Of a DNA stretch of 64,000 nt, positions 10,603 to 20,429 are shown in pieces. The notes beneath the pieces were generated by a model. The model was not told the origin of the DNA. It did not search any database and saw nothing but the letters and a program-made list of their open reading frames with translations. Position 1 is the first letter of the stretch; the number at the start of each line of letters is the position of its first letter. A program made the position numbers and the translations under genes. Source of the stretch: Dehalococcoidia bacterium (GTDB lineage: Bacteria; Chloroflexota; Dehalococcoidia; GIF9; UBA5629); contig JBEKIW010000006.1 of the NCBI GenBank assembly GCA_050011565.1, forward strand, positions 27,848 through 91,847, read 5' to 3'.

Positions 10603-10844
10603 AGCTTCGAAAGACATTTTAGCATCTAGCTTCTTTGCAGTGCAAACGAGAGGACATCAATTAAATTCTCAAATATCATCCTCCGTCTGCATGTGGGGCG
10701 AACTCAACCTGACGTTGACAGCTACCAAGGCAGATGCTAACATCTGAGAAGCTATCTCATAGACAAATCTCACTTTGTCCGCATAATGTTCAGACGTAAT
10801 CGCGCCAATCAAAACTGCCTCTAAGGAAACCTTAAAGTAACCCA

Positions 10845-12620
10845 ATGGATACGCAAGAGCTAATAGCTTTCATAGACTCAAAGTTCCAGGTCCCCATAGT
10901 TGAAGGGGAAGATAAGCTCTGCCCCCTCGATGAAGCCATACGGAGGCATGTCAAGAAAGGAATGAGCATACATTTCGCCGGGCGTGGCGGAGCTTTATTC
11001 TATCAACTGGTAAGGGAATTCTGGGGCAAAAAGCCCGACTTCACAATCATAAACAACAGCGTAGCTGCCACTGTAATCTCTTTAATTCAAGGAAGAATGG
11101 TAAAGAAAATCATAGCCAGTTTCGCCGGAGATGGTTACCCAACGTCCGGACCAAATCCTGTCGTTCAGAAAGCCTATTTGTCCGGTGAGGTGGAGTTCGA
11201 GAATTGGACGATGCTTACCATCCCACAAAGGCTTCTGGCAGGGGCTATGGGCTGGGGTTTCACCCCTACCAGGTCACTCGTAGGCAGCTCCATGGAAGAG
11301 GATAACAAGGAATCGTTTGCTGTAATTTCCGACCCATTCGACCCGGGGAGAAAAATCGGACTGATGAAAGAACTAAGGCCCGATATAGCCCTGGTCCACG
11401 GCATAGCTGCCGACCGCTGCGGTAATTTAATAATGACCTATCCGCTGGGACCTGACGTCTTCGGAGCCTGGGGGTCGAAAAACGGAGTGATCGTCAGCGC
11501 TGAAAAAATCGTCCCCACAGAATATATACGTAACCACTCACATCTGGTCCGGATTCCATCATACATGGTCAAGGCAGTATGTGAGGTGCCTTACGGCGCT
11601 CATCCCGGTGGCATGACAAACTGCGGACTGCCCGAATTCGAGCATTACTTCGATGACTACGATTTTGTCACTGATGTCAGAAATGCCTCCAGAGACGAGG
11701 AAAAATTTCTGAAGTGGATAAAATACTGGATACTCGACTGCAAAGACCACAATGAGTACCTTGCCAAAGTCGGTAGAGACAGGCTGCTTTATCTCAAAGG
11801 AAAGGCCCATTCGGACTCATGGAAAGCTGAAATAATGGCTGAAATACCTAAGATGGATTTTAATAGACAGGCAAATTCCATGGAGACAATGGTGATAACC
11901 GCGGCACACGTCACCGCCGAGAAATTCATTACTGGAGGATATAAGACTCTATTAACCGGTGTCGGACTTTCGAATCTGGCCTCGTGGCTGGCTATTCACA
12001 GGCTTAAAGAAACAAGCCACGAGGTGGATTTAATGGCGGAAATAGGTATGTACGGCTATTTACCCAGGGCCTCAGACCCAACCATATTCGGCTACTATAA
12101 TATGCCGACATGTAAAATTTTGAACAATATCGATACAATGCTTGGTGTCTTCGTCAGCGGCCCCACAAATCAATGTATAGGCGTTTTGGCGGCGGGTCAG
12201 GTAGATAAATTCGGAAATGCGAACTCGACATTAATTCCAGGTGTGACCTACCTCGTCGGCTCGGGAGGAGCCAACGACATAGCTACCAGTAATCGGGAAA
12301 CTATAGTCGTCATCAACTCGGGCAAATCGAGGCTTGTTGAGAAAGTGCCGTATATTACCTTCCCCGGAAAAAATGTAAAGACACTCGTTACAGATGTCGG
12401 CGTCTTCGAGAAGATTGGGGATAAGGAAGCCTTCACGCTGACGTCCTATATTCCCTCAAAAACAAAACAGAAAGTAGAAGACGCGATATCCGAGATAAGA
12501 GAAAAGGTCGGTTGGGAACTCGACATAGCTCCGAACTTAAAGAAAGCCGAGCCGCCCACTGAAGAGGAAGTAACGCTGCTCAGGCTATTTGACCCCAGAG
12601 GGTTTTACATAGGGTCGTAG
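10845..12620 (+). CDS. family I CoA-transferase with alpha and beta subunits fused (glutaconate CoA-transferase-like)
   Basis: PDIALVH..ADRCGN, VCEVPYGAHP; beta half has MAEIG (catalytic Glu), GQVDKFGNAN, GSGGAND, VTDVGVF. Confidence 0.85.
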   Translation: MDTQELIAFIDSKFQVPIVEGEDKLCPLDEAIRRHVKKGMSIHFAGRGGALFYQLVREFWGKKPDFTIINNSVAATVISLIQGRMVKKIIASFAGDGYPTSGPNPVVQKAYLSGEVEFENWTMLTIPQRLLAGAMGWGFTPTRSLVGSSMEEDNKESFAVISDPFDPGRKIGLMKELRPDIALVHGIAADRCGNLIMTYPLGPDVFGAWGSKNGVIVSAEKIVPTEYIRNHSHLVRIPSYMVKAVCEVPYGAHPGGMTNCGLPEFEHYFDDYDFVTDVRNASRDEEKFLKWIKYWILDCKDHNEYLAKVGRDRLLYLKGKAHSDSWKAEIMAEIPKMDFNRQANSMETMVITAAHVTAEKFITGGYKTLLTGVGLSNLASWLAIHRLKETSHEVDLMAEIGMYGYLPRASDPTIFGYYNMPTCKILNNIDTMLGVFVSGPTNQCIGVLAAGQVDKFGNANSTLIPGVTYLVGSGGANDIATSNRETIVVINSGKSRLVEKVPYITFPGKNVKTLVTDVGVFEKIGDKEAFTLTSYIPSKTKQKVEDAISEIREKVGWELDIAPNLKKAEPPTEEEVTLLRLFDPRGFYIGS

Positions 12621-12747
12621 CACTGCTCAGGTAAAAACACCGTCAAAATCCGGATATTTCACTCATTTTATACCAGGAATAAGAACGTATCCAGCCACAT
12701 AGAGTGAGAAGAAAGACTAATTAAAAACAAAGGGGGTAAATGAATAT

Positions 12748-13944
12748 ATGGCAAAAAGAGTTGGCATTGTGGGTGCGGCCATAACACCTTTTAAAGGCAG
12801 ATGGTATCAAAAAACGTATTATGAACTGGCCCAGATGGCCACCAGGGAGGCAGTCGCTGACGCAGCCATTTCTATCAAGGATGTGGATGCCGTTTTTTAT
12901 GGAATATACAACGACATTTTCGAAAGAGCCTGCATTCCGGAGAGTCCGCTGCAGGGCATACTGGGCATGCAAAATAAGTTTGGTATTCGCATCTCCAATG
13001 GCGGCGCCACAGGTGCTTATACCATATCAGCCGCCCACGCTTACCTGACAGGAGAAAGGTTTAAAACAGCTCTGGTTCTGGGCGTGGAAAAGGCAACTGA
13101 TTGCTTTGACTTTTCATCTATGTCAGCAACACCGGAAGTCATTAAGAGTATCGCCTGGTCAGGTGACAGTTACTTTGAACAAAACATAGGCTGGAGCGCT
13201 TCAGACAGCTATGCCGAAATAGTGCTTGGCTATATGGATGAATATCCCGGCACACTGAAACCGGAGGTTACCGCTCAGATATCCGCCTTGCTCAGCCGGA
13301 TGGCGAAGACTAATCCCTATGCCCAAAGGCAATTCGACCAGGTGACCCCTGAAGAAGTGATGAACTCAAGATATATAGTCTATCCCTTTAAAGAGCTGGA
13401 GATATGCGTCTACAGTGAAGGCGCCGCGGCTTTAATTCTGGCTGAGGAGGAAACAGCCAAAGCCATAGCTAAAAATACCGGAAAGCCAATTATCTGGATA
13501 ACAGGTGTCGGGGAAGCCAACGAACATTCTTTTGCCGGAAAGAATCAGAAGGACATGTCTCACATAGTCTCCGATTTCCTGGGCGCTCATCGCGCCTACG
13601 ACATGGCCGGCATAAAAGACCCGGCAAAAACGGTACAGGTAGTCGAACTTCATGATGCCTTCATTCATCAGCTTGAAATCAGTATGGCGGAGTTCGGCCT
13701 GGTGCCTTACCAGACTGTCGACTCTCTTATAGAAGACGGACTTATGTTGCCCGGTGGTAAATATCTGGTAAATCCATGCGGCGGCCTGACTTACTGCGGT
13801 CATGCAGTCGGCGCCAGCAACATCATGTCGGCCTGGTCAGCCAGAAAAGAGCTGACTGAAAGAAATCTTAAAACCGCGTTGATACATGGCACGGGAAGCA
13901 CTGTGGCACAGTACACGGCCTGTGCCGTATTGGAACATGAATAA
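12748..13944 (+). CDS. SCP2/archaeal-type thiolase-family protein lacking the nucleophilic Cys
   Basis: Thiolase fold with VELHDAF, NPCGG and GHAVGAS; the usual ENAC motif reads RISNGGATG. Confidence 0.8.
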   Translation: MAKRVGIVGAAITPFKGRWYQKTYYELAQMATREAVADAAISIKDVDAVFYGIYNDIFERACIPESPLQGILGMQNKFGIRISNGGATGAYTISAAHAYLTGERFKTALVLGVEKATDCFDFSSMSATPEVIKSIAWSGDSYFEQNIGWSASDSYAEIVLGYMDEYPGTLKPEVTAQISALLSRMAKTNPYAQRQFDQVTPEEVMNSRYIVYPFKELEICVYSEGAAALILAEEETAKAIAKNTGKPIIWITGVGEANEHSFAGKNQKDMSHIVSDFLGAHRAYDMAGIKDPAKTVQVVELHDAFIHQLEISMAEFGLVPYQTVDSLIEDGLMLPGGKYLVNPCGGLTYCGHAVGASNIMSAWSARKELTERNLKTALIHGTGSTVAQYTACAVLEHE

Positions 13945-13960
13945 TTGAGGAGGTGTAAAA

Positions 13961-14968
13961 ATGTCAGAAAAGAAACGGAAGGTTATACCGGACGAGTTCA
14001 TACCGGAAGTAAGCAGTAGAGTGGTAACCATCGATAATCAAGATTACTTACTACAGAACGATGCTATGTTCACCTTCTATCAGCGAAGTGCAGGCGAGCT
14101 ATCACCCTTCTTTCTGGCTATTAAAAACGAGAGGAAAATCCTTGGCTGTAAATGTTCCAAGTGCGGCCTGGTCAGGGTTCCACCGATGATGACCCACTGC
14201 CCTGACTGCGAGTTCGCACCAACAAAGCTAGTAGAAGTCGGTCAAGCGGGTAAGATGAACTCGACCCCACCAATCACCTATTTCGCCACTTCATTGTTTA
14301 TGGACAAAGCACCCTTTGGTCGTGGGCGGGTCATACTGGAAGGTGCCGATACGGCTTTGAGCGTTATGCTTTACACCACGACGGGTATACTGGTGCCTGG
14401 ATTAATCAAGAAAGGCACTCAAGTCAAGGTGGTTTTCAGAGACGAGCGCGTAGGTCAAATATCAGATATATACTGCGTGCCCGCTTCAGAACTAACTGCA
14501 GAGCAAATTGCTAAGAAAGGTCTACTGGAGTCTGAAATAAATTGGGAGGCGCCGAAAGAACCTAAATTCCCGAAGCCAACGGAAAAGGATACGGCTGATT
14601 TCAAACAGTCTATTAAAGAGATGCAAGCTCTGGCAGTAAAAATGAGTCAATCAAAACGAGCTCGTAGGGCCATCGAAGGCTGGAAACGGAATATCGCTGT
14701 TAAGACAAAAGCCGGCGAGTTTGCCATGTATATCGATGACGGTGATTTCAAGATTGAAGAAAAGAAAATGGCGTCACCTGATTTCGTTATGGCATGTGAA
14801 GACCCAAAAACTCTTCTTGATGGGCTGATGTATAAAGGTGCTATCACCGATTCGGTCATAATGAAAAAGTTATGGATAAGCAAGAACCTGGAGTTCAACA
14901 CTATCTTTAAACTGGACAGGTTGGCCCGGTTCCTGGTTATGGAGCAGAAAGAGAGAAAGCCAAGATAG
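13961..14968 (+). CDS. DUF35-type Zn-ribbon/OB-fold protein fused to an SCP2 (sterol carrier) domain
   Basis: GCKCSKCGLVRVPPMMTHCPDC Zn ribbon, OB fold (GTQVKVVF); C-terminal ~115 aa with IDDGDFKIEE..PDFVM typical of SCP2-like domains. Confidence 0.75.
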   Translation: MSEKKRKVIPDEFIPEVSSRVVTIDNQDYLLQNDAMFTFYQRSAGELSPFFLAIKNERKILGCKCSKCGLVRVPPMMTHCPDCEFAPTKLVEVGQAGKMNSTPPITYFATSLFMDKAPFGRGRVILEGADTALSVMLYTTTGILVPGLIKKGTQVKVVFRDERVGQISDIYCVPASELTAEQIAKKGLLESEINWEAPKEPKFPKPTEKDTADFKQSIKEMQALAVKMSQSKRARRAIEGWKRNIAVKTKAGEFAMYIDDGDFKIEEKKMASPDFVMACEDPKTLLDGLMYKGAITDSVIMKKLWISKNLEFNTIFKLDRLARFLVMEQKERKPR

Positions 14969-15006
14969 CACTTATATACTGCTACTGGGGACCGCCAAAA
15001 TACCTG

Positions 15007-15573
15007 CTAGTTGAATTGTAAAGTATGTACTATTTCTGAAAATAGCGTTTCGTCGTATTTTGCCAGCAGTGACGCAGTAGTTACCGCAACTATAATCCAC
15101 TTGCCGTCTTTCTGTACGCCCAAGGCAAAAGTGTTAGCACTTAAGCCTTGAGCCTTCCATTTAACCGCAGCTTCAGTAGCTGGAGTACCATCCGCTAGAG
15201 TTGTTGCTCGCTCAGCTGTAATATTAATATCGGAGCCCTCAACCATCAGGGTGGCAGTAAGTGCCTCGGCAAAGGTGGCGCTATCTTGCACGGAAATACT
15301 TATTGCAGGAACTCTTTTCGCGGCAGCAGCAAGAAATAGAGTAGTCGCCTCCGTACTCGTTTGCTCCTTCCAGTCCTTAGGATATTTTACAGAGAAGCCA
15401 TAATCTGTGCTCACATACTCGGCAGCTTCAAATGTGAGCGCACCTCCGGCTAGTTGCTCCGGTGGAGTCGTCTCTGTTGTATTCTGGCAGGTACAGGCAG
15501 GCAGGGTAAGACCTAGAATGAGCAGCACAAGAATAAACGGCATCACGAACCTGTGTGTTTTGTTTACCATCAC
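15007..15573 (-). CDS. lipoprotein with PsbP-like domain
   Basis: Signal peptide ending in lipobox LPAC; YGFSVKYPKDW motif. Confidence 0.7.
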   Translation of the reverse strand: MMVNKTHRFVMPFILVLLILGLTLPACTCQNTTETTPPEQLAGGALTFEAAEYVSTDYGFSVKYPKDWKEQTSTEATTLFLAAAAKRVPAISISVQDSATFAEALTATLMVEGSDINITAERATTLADGTPATEAAVKWKAQGLSANTFALGVQKDGKWIIVAVTTASLLAKYDETLFSEIVHTLQFN

Positions 15574-15804
15574 GCCTCCTTTAAAATGTCAATCATGACA
15601 TTATATCGATACATTGTACAGCCTCTGTCAAGCACCCGTATATTTACATGTCGTAAGAATTGAACAACCGGCTGTTAATATGTTAAGCTTTTGCCTTGAG
15701 ACACCTTCTCAGATTTCGAGTAGATTGCCTTTTAGCCTAAAGTGATTTGTTTTCTTTTGTCAGAAAAACCTTCAAATAAACACTAAGATGCAAGGAGGCT
15801 GCTT

Positions 15805-17232
15805 ATGTCCGGAATAATCTCTTATGGGGCTTACGTACCGATTTGGCGTCTGAATCGGGATGCTATAGGTGCCGCCTGGGGAAGGCCATCTTTCGGCGGC
15901 GAGCGAAGCGTGGCTAACAACGACGAAGACACCGTGACAATGGCAGTGGAAGCGGTGCTGGACTGCCTCGCCGGAATCGACCGCGACAGCATTGATGGCT
16001 TATATTTTGCGTCCACTACGGCACCTTTTCAGGAGAAGCAATGTGCCGCGATGATAGCAGGAGCCGCCGACTTGAAACCGGATATAATCACGGCCGACTT
16101 CGGTAACAGCTTACGAGCCGGGACCTCTGCATTAAGGGCAGCATTGGATGCAGTGAATAGCGGCTCGGCGGAGAACATAATTGTCACCGCCGCTGACTGT
16201 CGCCTCGGCTATCCCCGTTCGGATTATGAACAAAACTTCGGTGATGCCGCAGTGGCTTTGTTGGTAAGCAAGAAAGGCAAACCAATCGCCAATGTTAAAG
16301 CCAGCCACACAATATCTAACGAGATGTACGATGTCTGGAGACTGGATAAGGACACCTTCGTGCAATCCTGGGAAGACCGCTTCATAATCGAGCGTGGCTA
16401 TATTGAAAACATGTCTAAAGCAATCACCGGTTTAATGAAAAAGCAGAACCTCACGCCCGCGTCTATCACTAAAGCAGTGCTTTACGCATCGACCGCCCGA
16501 ACTCAACAGCAGCTTGCCAGGCAGCTGGGTTTCGACCCGAAAACGCAACTTCAGGACTTGTTGGCTGCTAATTTAGGTGTCTGCGGCTGCGCCCACACCT
16601 TATTACTGATGGTGGCAGCGTTAGAGGAAGCCAAAGGTGGTGATAACCTCCTTATCGCCAGTTACGGTGACGGCAGCGATGCCTCTCTTATCGAGGTCAC
16701 GGCTGAGGTAGACAAAATAAAAACTGGAAGGCGCGGAGTCAAGGGCTTCTTAGCTTCCCGTCTGGCACTACCGACCTACGAGCGGTACCTCAGCTATCGT
16801 GGCATACTGGAACCGCAACCCGGAGAAGCCTTCCGTCTCTTCCCCTCAGCCAGTGTTAGCTGGCGAGAGCGCAACTGGTCTCTTCGCTTCCACGGCAGCA
16901 AATGCAAGAGCTGCGGACTGGTTACATTCCCGATACAGCGGATATGCTACCAGTGCCAGTCCAAGGATGATTACGAAGAGGTAAGGTTATCGGATAAGAG
17001 AGGAAAAGTATTCACCTTCTCTTTGGATAATCTCGCCGGCAGAAGCGACGACCCGGTAATCCCCCAAATAGTCATCGAGTCCGATCTGGAAAAAGCACGA
17101 ATATACTCCATAATGACCGACTGCGACCCCAAGCTGATAAAAATAGGCATGCCCGTAGAAATGACTTTTCGAAGGATTTATGAAGGGGGCGGCATGTATA
17201 ACTACTTCTGGAAATGTCGACCCGTAAGATAG
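15805..17232 (+). CDS. HMG-CoA synthase/KAS III-like domain fused to a DUF35 Zn-ribbon/OB-fold domain
   Basis: GIISYGAYVP, DEDTVTMAVEA, GDAAVA, SYGDG; C-terminal CKSCG...RICYQC and IGMPVEMTFR. The catalytic Cys position reads SLRAG. Confidence 0.85.
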   Translation: MSGIISYGAYVPIWRLNRDAIGAAWGRPSFGGERSVANNDEDTVTMAVEAVLDCLAGIDRDSIDGLYFASTTAPFQEKQCAAMIAGAADLKPDIITADFGNSLRAGTSALRAALDAVNSGSAENIIVTAADCRLGYPRSDYEQNFGDAAVALLVSKKGKPIANVKASHTISNEMYDVWRLDKDTFVQSWEDRFIIERGYIENMSKAITGLMKKQNLTPASITKAVLYASTARTQQQLARQLGFDPKTQLQDLLAANLGVCGCAHTLLLMVAALEEAKGGDNLLIASYGDGSDASLIEVTAEVDKIKTGRRGVKGFLASRLALPTYERYLSYRGILEPQPGEAFRLFPSASVSWRERNWSLRFHGSKCKSCGLVTFPIQRICYQCQSKDDYEEVRLSDKRGKVFTFSLDNLAGRSDDPVIPQIVIESDLEKARIYSIMTDCDPKLIKIGMPVEMTFRRIYEGGGMYNYFWKCRPVR

Positions 17233-17244
17233 GAGGCAAGAGAA

Positions 17245-18450
17245 ATGGAAAGCATTAAAGATAAAGTCGCCATAGTAGGTATGGGGTGCACCAAGTTCGG
17301 TGAGCGCTGGGATTCCGGTCTTGACGACCTGGCTATTGAGGCAGCCTATGAAGCCTATGAAGACGCCGGCATCGCACCCAAGGATATTCAAGCTTGCTGG
17401 TTTGGAACGGTAACTGCGCCGGCAACAGGCATAGGAGCTACCCATGCCGCCAACTCTTTGAAGCTGCGCATTCCCATGACCCGCGTGGAAAACTGGTGCA
17501 TTACCGGACATGAGACCTTAAGGAACGCCTGCTTTGGCGTGGCTTCCGGAATGTACGATGTAGTACTTGCCCTGGGCGTGGAAAAGCTCAAGGATACCGG
17601 TTTTCCCGGGCTGGGCACCGGTCGGGGCATGGGACCGGTATGGGAAGCCCGACGTACCTCACCCGGCAGCTTTTCACTTATCGCTACCAGATATTTCTAT
17701 ACTTATGGACTAAGCCCGGAGGAAGGCAAGAAAACTATCGGCAAAATAGCCGTCAAAAACCATAACAACGGCAGCATGTCCCCCAAAGCCCATTTCCGCA
17801 ACAAGATCACCCTGGAGCAGGTAATGAATGCGCCAATCATCGCCTGGCCTCTGGGTCTCTTCGATTGCTGCGGTAACAGCGATGGCGCCGCCGCTGCCAT
17901 ACTGGTCCCGGCCAGCCAGGCAAAGAAATTCAGGCCTGACCCGGTTTACATCAAAGGCCTGGGGCAATCCTTCGACCCGCTGCTGCCACATGCCCGCCCC
18001 AATTTCGACTGGATAAACTGGGACGCCCTGCAAAACTCATCCCGTCAGGCTTATGAGCAAGCGGGCATACGGAATCCCCGTGAAGAGCTCGATATCGCCG
18101 AGGTCCACGACTGCTTCACCATCACCGAGCTTGCTATTTACGAGAACTTCGGCTTCAGTGCGAAAGGCAAAGCTAAAGAGGACATAGATGCCGGCTTTTT
18201 CGAGCTTTCGGGAGGATTGCCGGTAAACGCCGACGGCGGCTTGAAGTGCTTCGGACACCCGGTAGGCGCCAGCGGCCTGAGAATGACCTACGAAGTCTAT
18301 AAACAAATACAGGGCAAGGCTCAACTGCCGGAGCGGCAACTGAAGGACGTGAAACTGGGTCTGTCACACACTTTCGGCGGCCCGCCACAGGTAAGCGCCG
18401 TAGCCATTCTGGGCAGGGATTTGGACAAAAGTAAGGCTAAATCCAGATGA
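17245..18450 (+). CDS. acetyl-CoA acetyltransferase (SCP2/archaeal-type thiolase)
   Basis: RVENWCITG (nucleophilic Cys), EVHDCF, NADGGLKCFGHPVGASG. Confidence 0.9.
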   Translation: MESIKDKVAIVGMGCTKFGERWDSGLDDLAIEAAYEAYEDAGIAPKDIQACWFGTVTAPATGIGATHAANSLKLRIPMTRVENWCITGHETLRNACFGVASGMYDVVLALGVEKLKDTGFPGLGTGRGMGPVWEARRTSPGSFSLIATRYFYTYGLSPEEGKKTIGKIAVKNHNNGSMSPKAHFRNKITLEQVMNAPIIAWPLGLFDCCGNSDGAAAAILVPASQAKKFRPDPVYIKGLGQSFDPLLPHARPNFDWINWDALQNSSRQAYEQAGIRNPREELDIAEVHDCFTITELAIYENFGFSAKGKAKEDIDAGFFELSGGLPVNADGGLKCFGHPVGASGLRMTYEVYKQIQGKAQLPERQLKDVKLGLSHTFGGPPQVSAVAILGRDLDKSKAKSR

Positions 18451-18466
18451 GCTAGCCGGTTTTTTG

Positions 18467-18808
18467 TTATTCTACCTCGATATCTTTTACTCGAAACTCT
18501 GTCCCGCTGACAGTCTCTATATCTTCACTCCGGCATTTGGTGCAGAGATAGCGATAATCTTTCACAACAAATTGCTCCTGGCACTTCCTGCATCTGCCCA
18601 CTACCGGAGTTATCTCCAGGTTGAGATAGGCTCCGCTGGCGATGGTATTCTCCGCCATCAGTCCAAAGTTAAAGACGAGTTGCGCTGGTACAATTCCCCT
18701 CAGTTCCCCCGCCACCACGTTGACCCTGGTAATCTTTCGGGCGCCTTCTTTCTCAGCGGCAGCAACGGCAATATTGACTATATTTCTGGCTATTGCCATC
18801 TCATGCAC
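18467..18808 (-). CDS. hypA: hydrogenase nickel metallochaperone HypA
   Basis: MHE N-terminus, two CxxC (CRKC, CTKC), SGTEFRVKDIEVE. Confidence 0.95.
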   Translation of the reverse strand: MHEMAIARNIVNIAVAAAEKEGARKITRVNVVAGELRGIVPAQLVFNFGLMAENTIASGAYLNLEITPVVGRCRKCQEQFVVKDYRYLCTKCRSEDIETVSGTEFRVKDIEVE

Positions 18809-19472
18809 GCGTTTTGGTCCCGAACTTCTTTTGGTAATGCTGATTAAGCCATGATATCCAATCTGCTATCCCCTCATCGGTCACGCAAGAGATATCGATG
18901 ATATCTAAATCCGGATGGACCTGACGCGCATTTGCCTTAGCTTCCTTTAAGTTGAAATTGGTATATTTCAGCAAATCGATTTTGTTTATTAGAAGCAGCG
19001 AAGATTCGTGAAACATCAGCGGATACTTAAGCGGCTTCTCATCGCCTTCGGTCACGCTGAGCATCATGATCTTGTAATCCTCCCCCAGCTTGAACTCGGC
19101 AGGACAGACAAGATTGCCTACGTTCTCAATAATCAAAATGTCAATTTTCTTTAGGTCAATATGAGGCAGAGCTGAAGCAACCATATTGGCATCGAGATGA
19201 CAGGCACTGCCTGTGGTCAATTGAACTACAGGAAGCTTATGCTTTTCCAATCGCTCCGCATCGCGAGAGGTCTCGATGTCACCGGCAATTACACCCAGAC
19301 GGAGCTTGCCCTTGAGTGCCTCACCTGTTTTCTCCAGCAAGGTTGTCTTACCGGCTCCCGGTGAGCTCATCAGGTTAAAAACCAGATTCCGATTCTTATT
19401 GAAGACATCACTATTGACAGCAGCAATGCGGTCATTGGCTTCAAGAATGTCAGTCATCACGTTGATTTTCAT
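18801..19472 (-). CDS. hypB: hydrogenase nickel incorporation GTPase HypB
   Basis: SSPGAGKTTLLE, ACHLDA, IENVGNLVCPAEF, EGDEKPLKYP, NKID. Confidence 0.96.
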   Translation of the reverse strand: MKINVMTDILEANDRIAAVNSDVFNKNRNLVFNLMSSPGAGKTTLLEKTGEALKGKLRLGVIAGDIETSRDAERLEKHKLPVVQLTTGSACHLDANMVASALPHIDLKKIDILIIENVGNLVCPAEFKLGEDYKIMMLSVTEGDEKPLKYPLMFHESSLLLINKIDLLKYTNFNLKEAKANARQVHPDLDIIDISCVTDEGIADWISWLNQHYQKKFGTKTRA

Positions 19473-19538
19473 TTGTCACTCCTCGTGTCATCTGCTTCAG
19501 TGTAACATCATGTGCAAACCCGTGCAAAAGCAGCTAAC

Positions 19539-20408
19539 TCAACTTTGCGATTTATACTCATAAAACCCCCGCCCGGTCTTCCTGCCCAGGTCTCCGGCCT
19601 TAACCTTCATAATCAGGCATCTTGGCGGCCTGAATTGTTCCCGCATTAATTCCCGGTAGTGTGTAGTGGTGCTGGCTATACCGATATCAAGGCCAACCAT
19701 ATCACGCAGTTCAAAAGGTCCCATCCTGAAATTATAGGCCGACTTTAAAGCCGTATCTATGTCCTGCGGTTCAGCTATGCCTTCATCGTACATATTTAAG
19801 CCCTCGTTGTACCAAATTTGGAGAAGCCTGTTGACAACAAATCCAGGCGAGTCCTGGCATACGCCTGGCTCTTTGCCCAGCTTTTTGCATAAGTCCACTA
19901 TTGTATCCCGTGTCTCTTTAGAGGTCTTGTCGTGAACAACGACCTCTATGCCCCGCATAAGTTGCGCCGGATTGAACCAGTGCATACCAATGAACTTGTC
20001 AGGTCGTTTAGTTACCATTGCCATCTCAGTTATGGATTGGGCTGACGTATTAGAGGCAAATATGGTATCCGGGCGGCACATCTGGTCGAGCTCTTTATAC
20101 ATGTCCTTCTTAATAGTAATGTCTTCAACTATGACCTCGATGACCAAATCGACATCCTTGACTGCTTCTTTCAGATCGGTCATGCCTCTAATCCGGCCCA
20201 ATATAGCATCGGCTTCAGCTTGAGTTATTCTCTGGCGCTCGACGCCGCCGCTGAGGAATTTCCGAATTTTGCCTATACCCGATTGCACGAACTCGTCTTT
20301 AATATCCCGCAAATTAACTTCGTACCCTGCCTGCGCGCAGACCTGGGCGATTCCATGCCCCATGACCCCAGCCCCTAGTACTGCAATCTTTTTGATTTCC
20401 ATATTCAT
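19539..20408 (-). CDS. 3-hydroxybutyryl-CoA dehydrogenase-like
   Basis: GAGVMGHG, ASNTS, GMHWFNP...IE, GFVVNR, MGPFEL, GRKTGRGFY. Confidence 0.92.
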   Translation of the reverse strand: MNMEIKKIAVLGAGVMGHGIAQVCAQAGYEVNLRDIKDEFVQSGIGKIRKFLSGGVERQRITQAEADAILGRIRGMTDLKEAVKDVDLVIEVIVEDITIKKDMYKELDQMCRPDTIFASNTSAQSITEMAMVTKRPDKFIGMHWFNPAQLMRGIEVVVHDKTSKETRDTIVDLCKKLGKEPGVCQDSPGFVVNRLLQIWYNEGLNMYDEGIAEPQDIDTALKSAYNFRMGPFELRDMVGLDIGIASTTTHYRELMREQFRPPRCLIMKVKAGDLGRKTGRGFYEYKSQS

Positions 20409-20429
20409 ACCTCCAACATTTTTCGGATG

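Noticed and set aside
10618-10844. FMN riboswitch
   Set aside because: No RFN consensus segments seen; only short hairpins.
15805-17232. Functional HMG-CoA synthase (mevalonate pathway)
   Set aside because: Catalytic Cys absent and no other mevalonate genes in the window.
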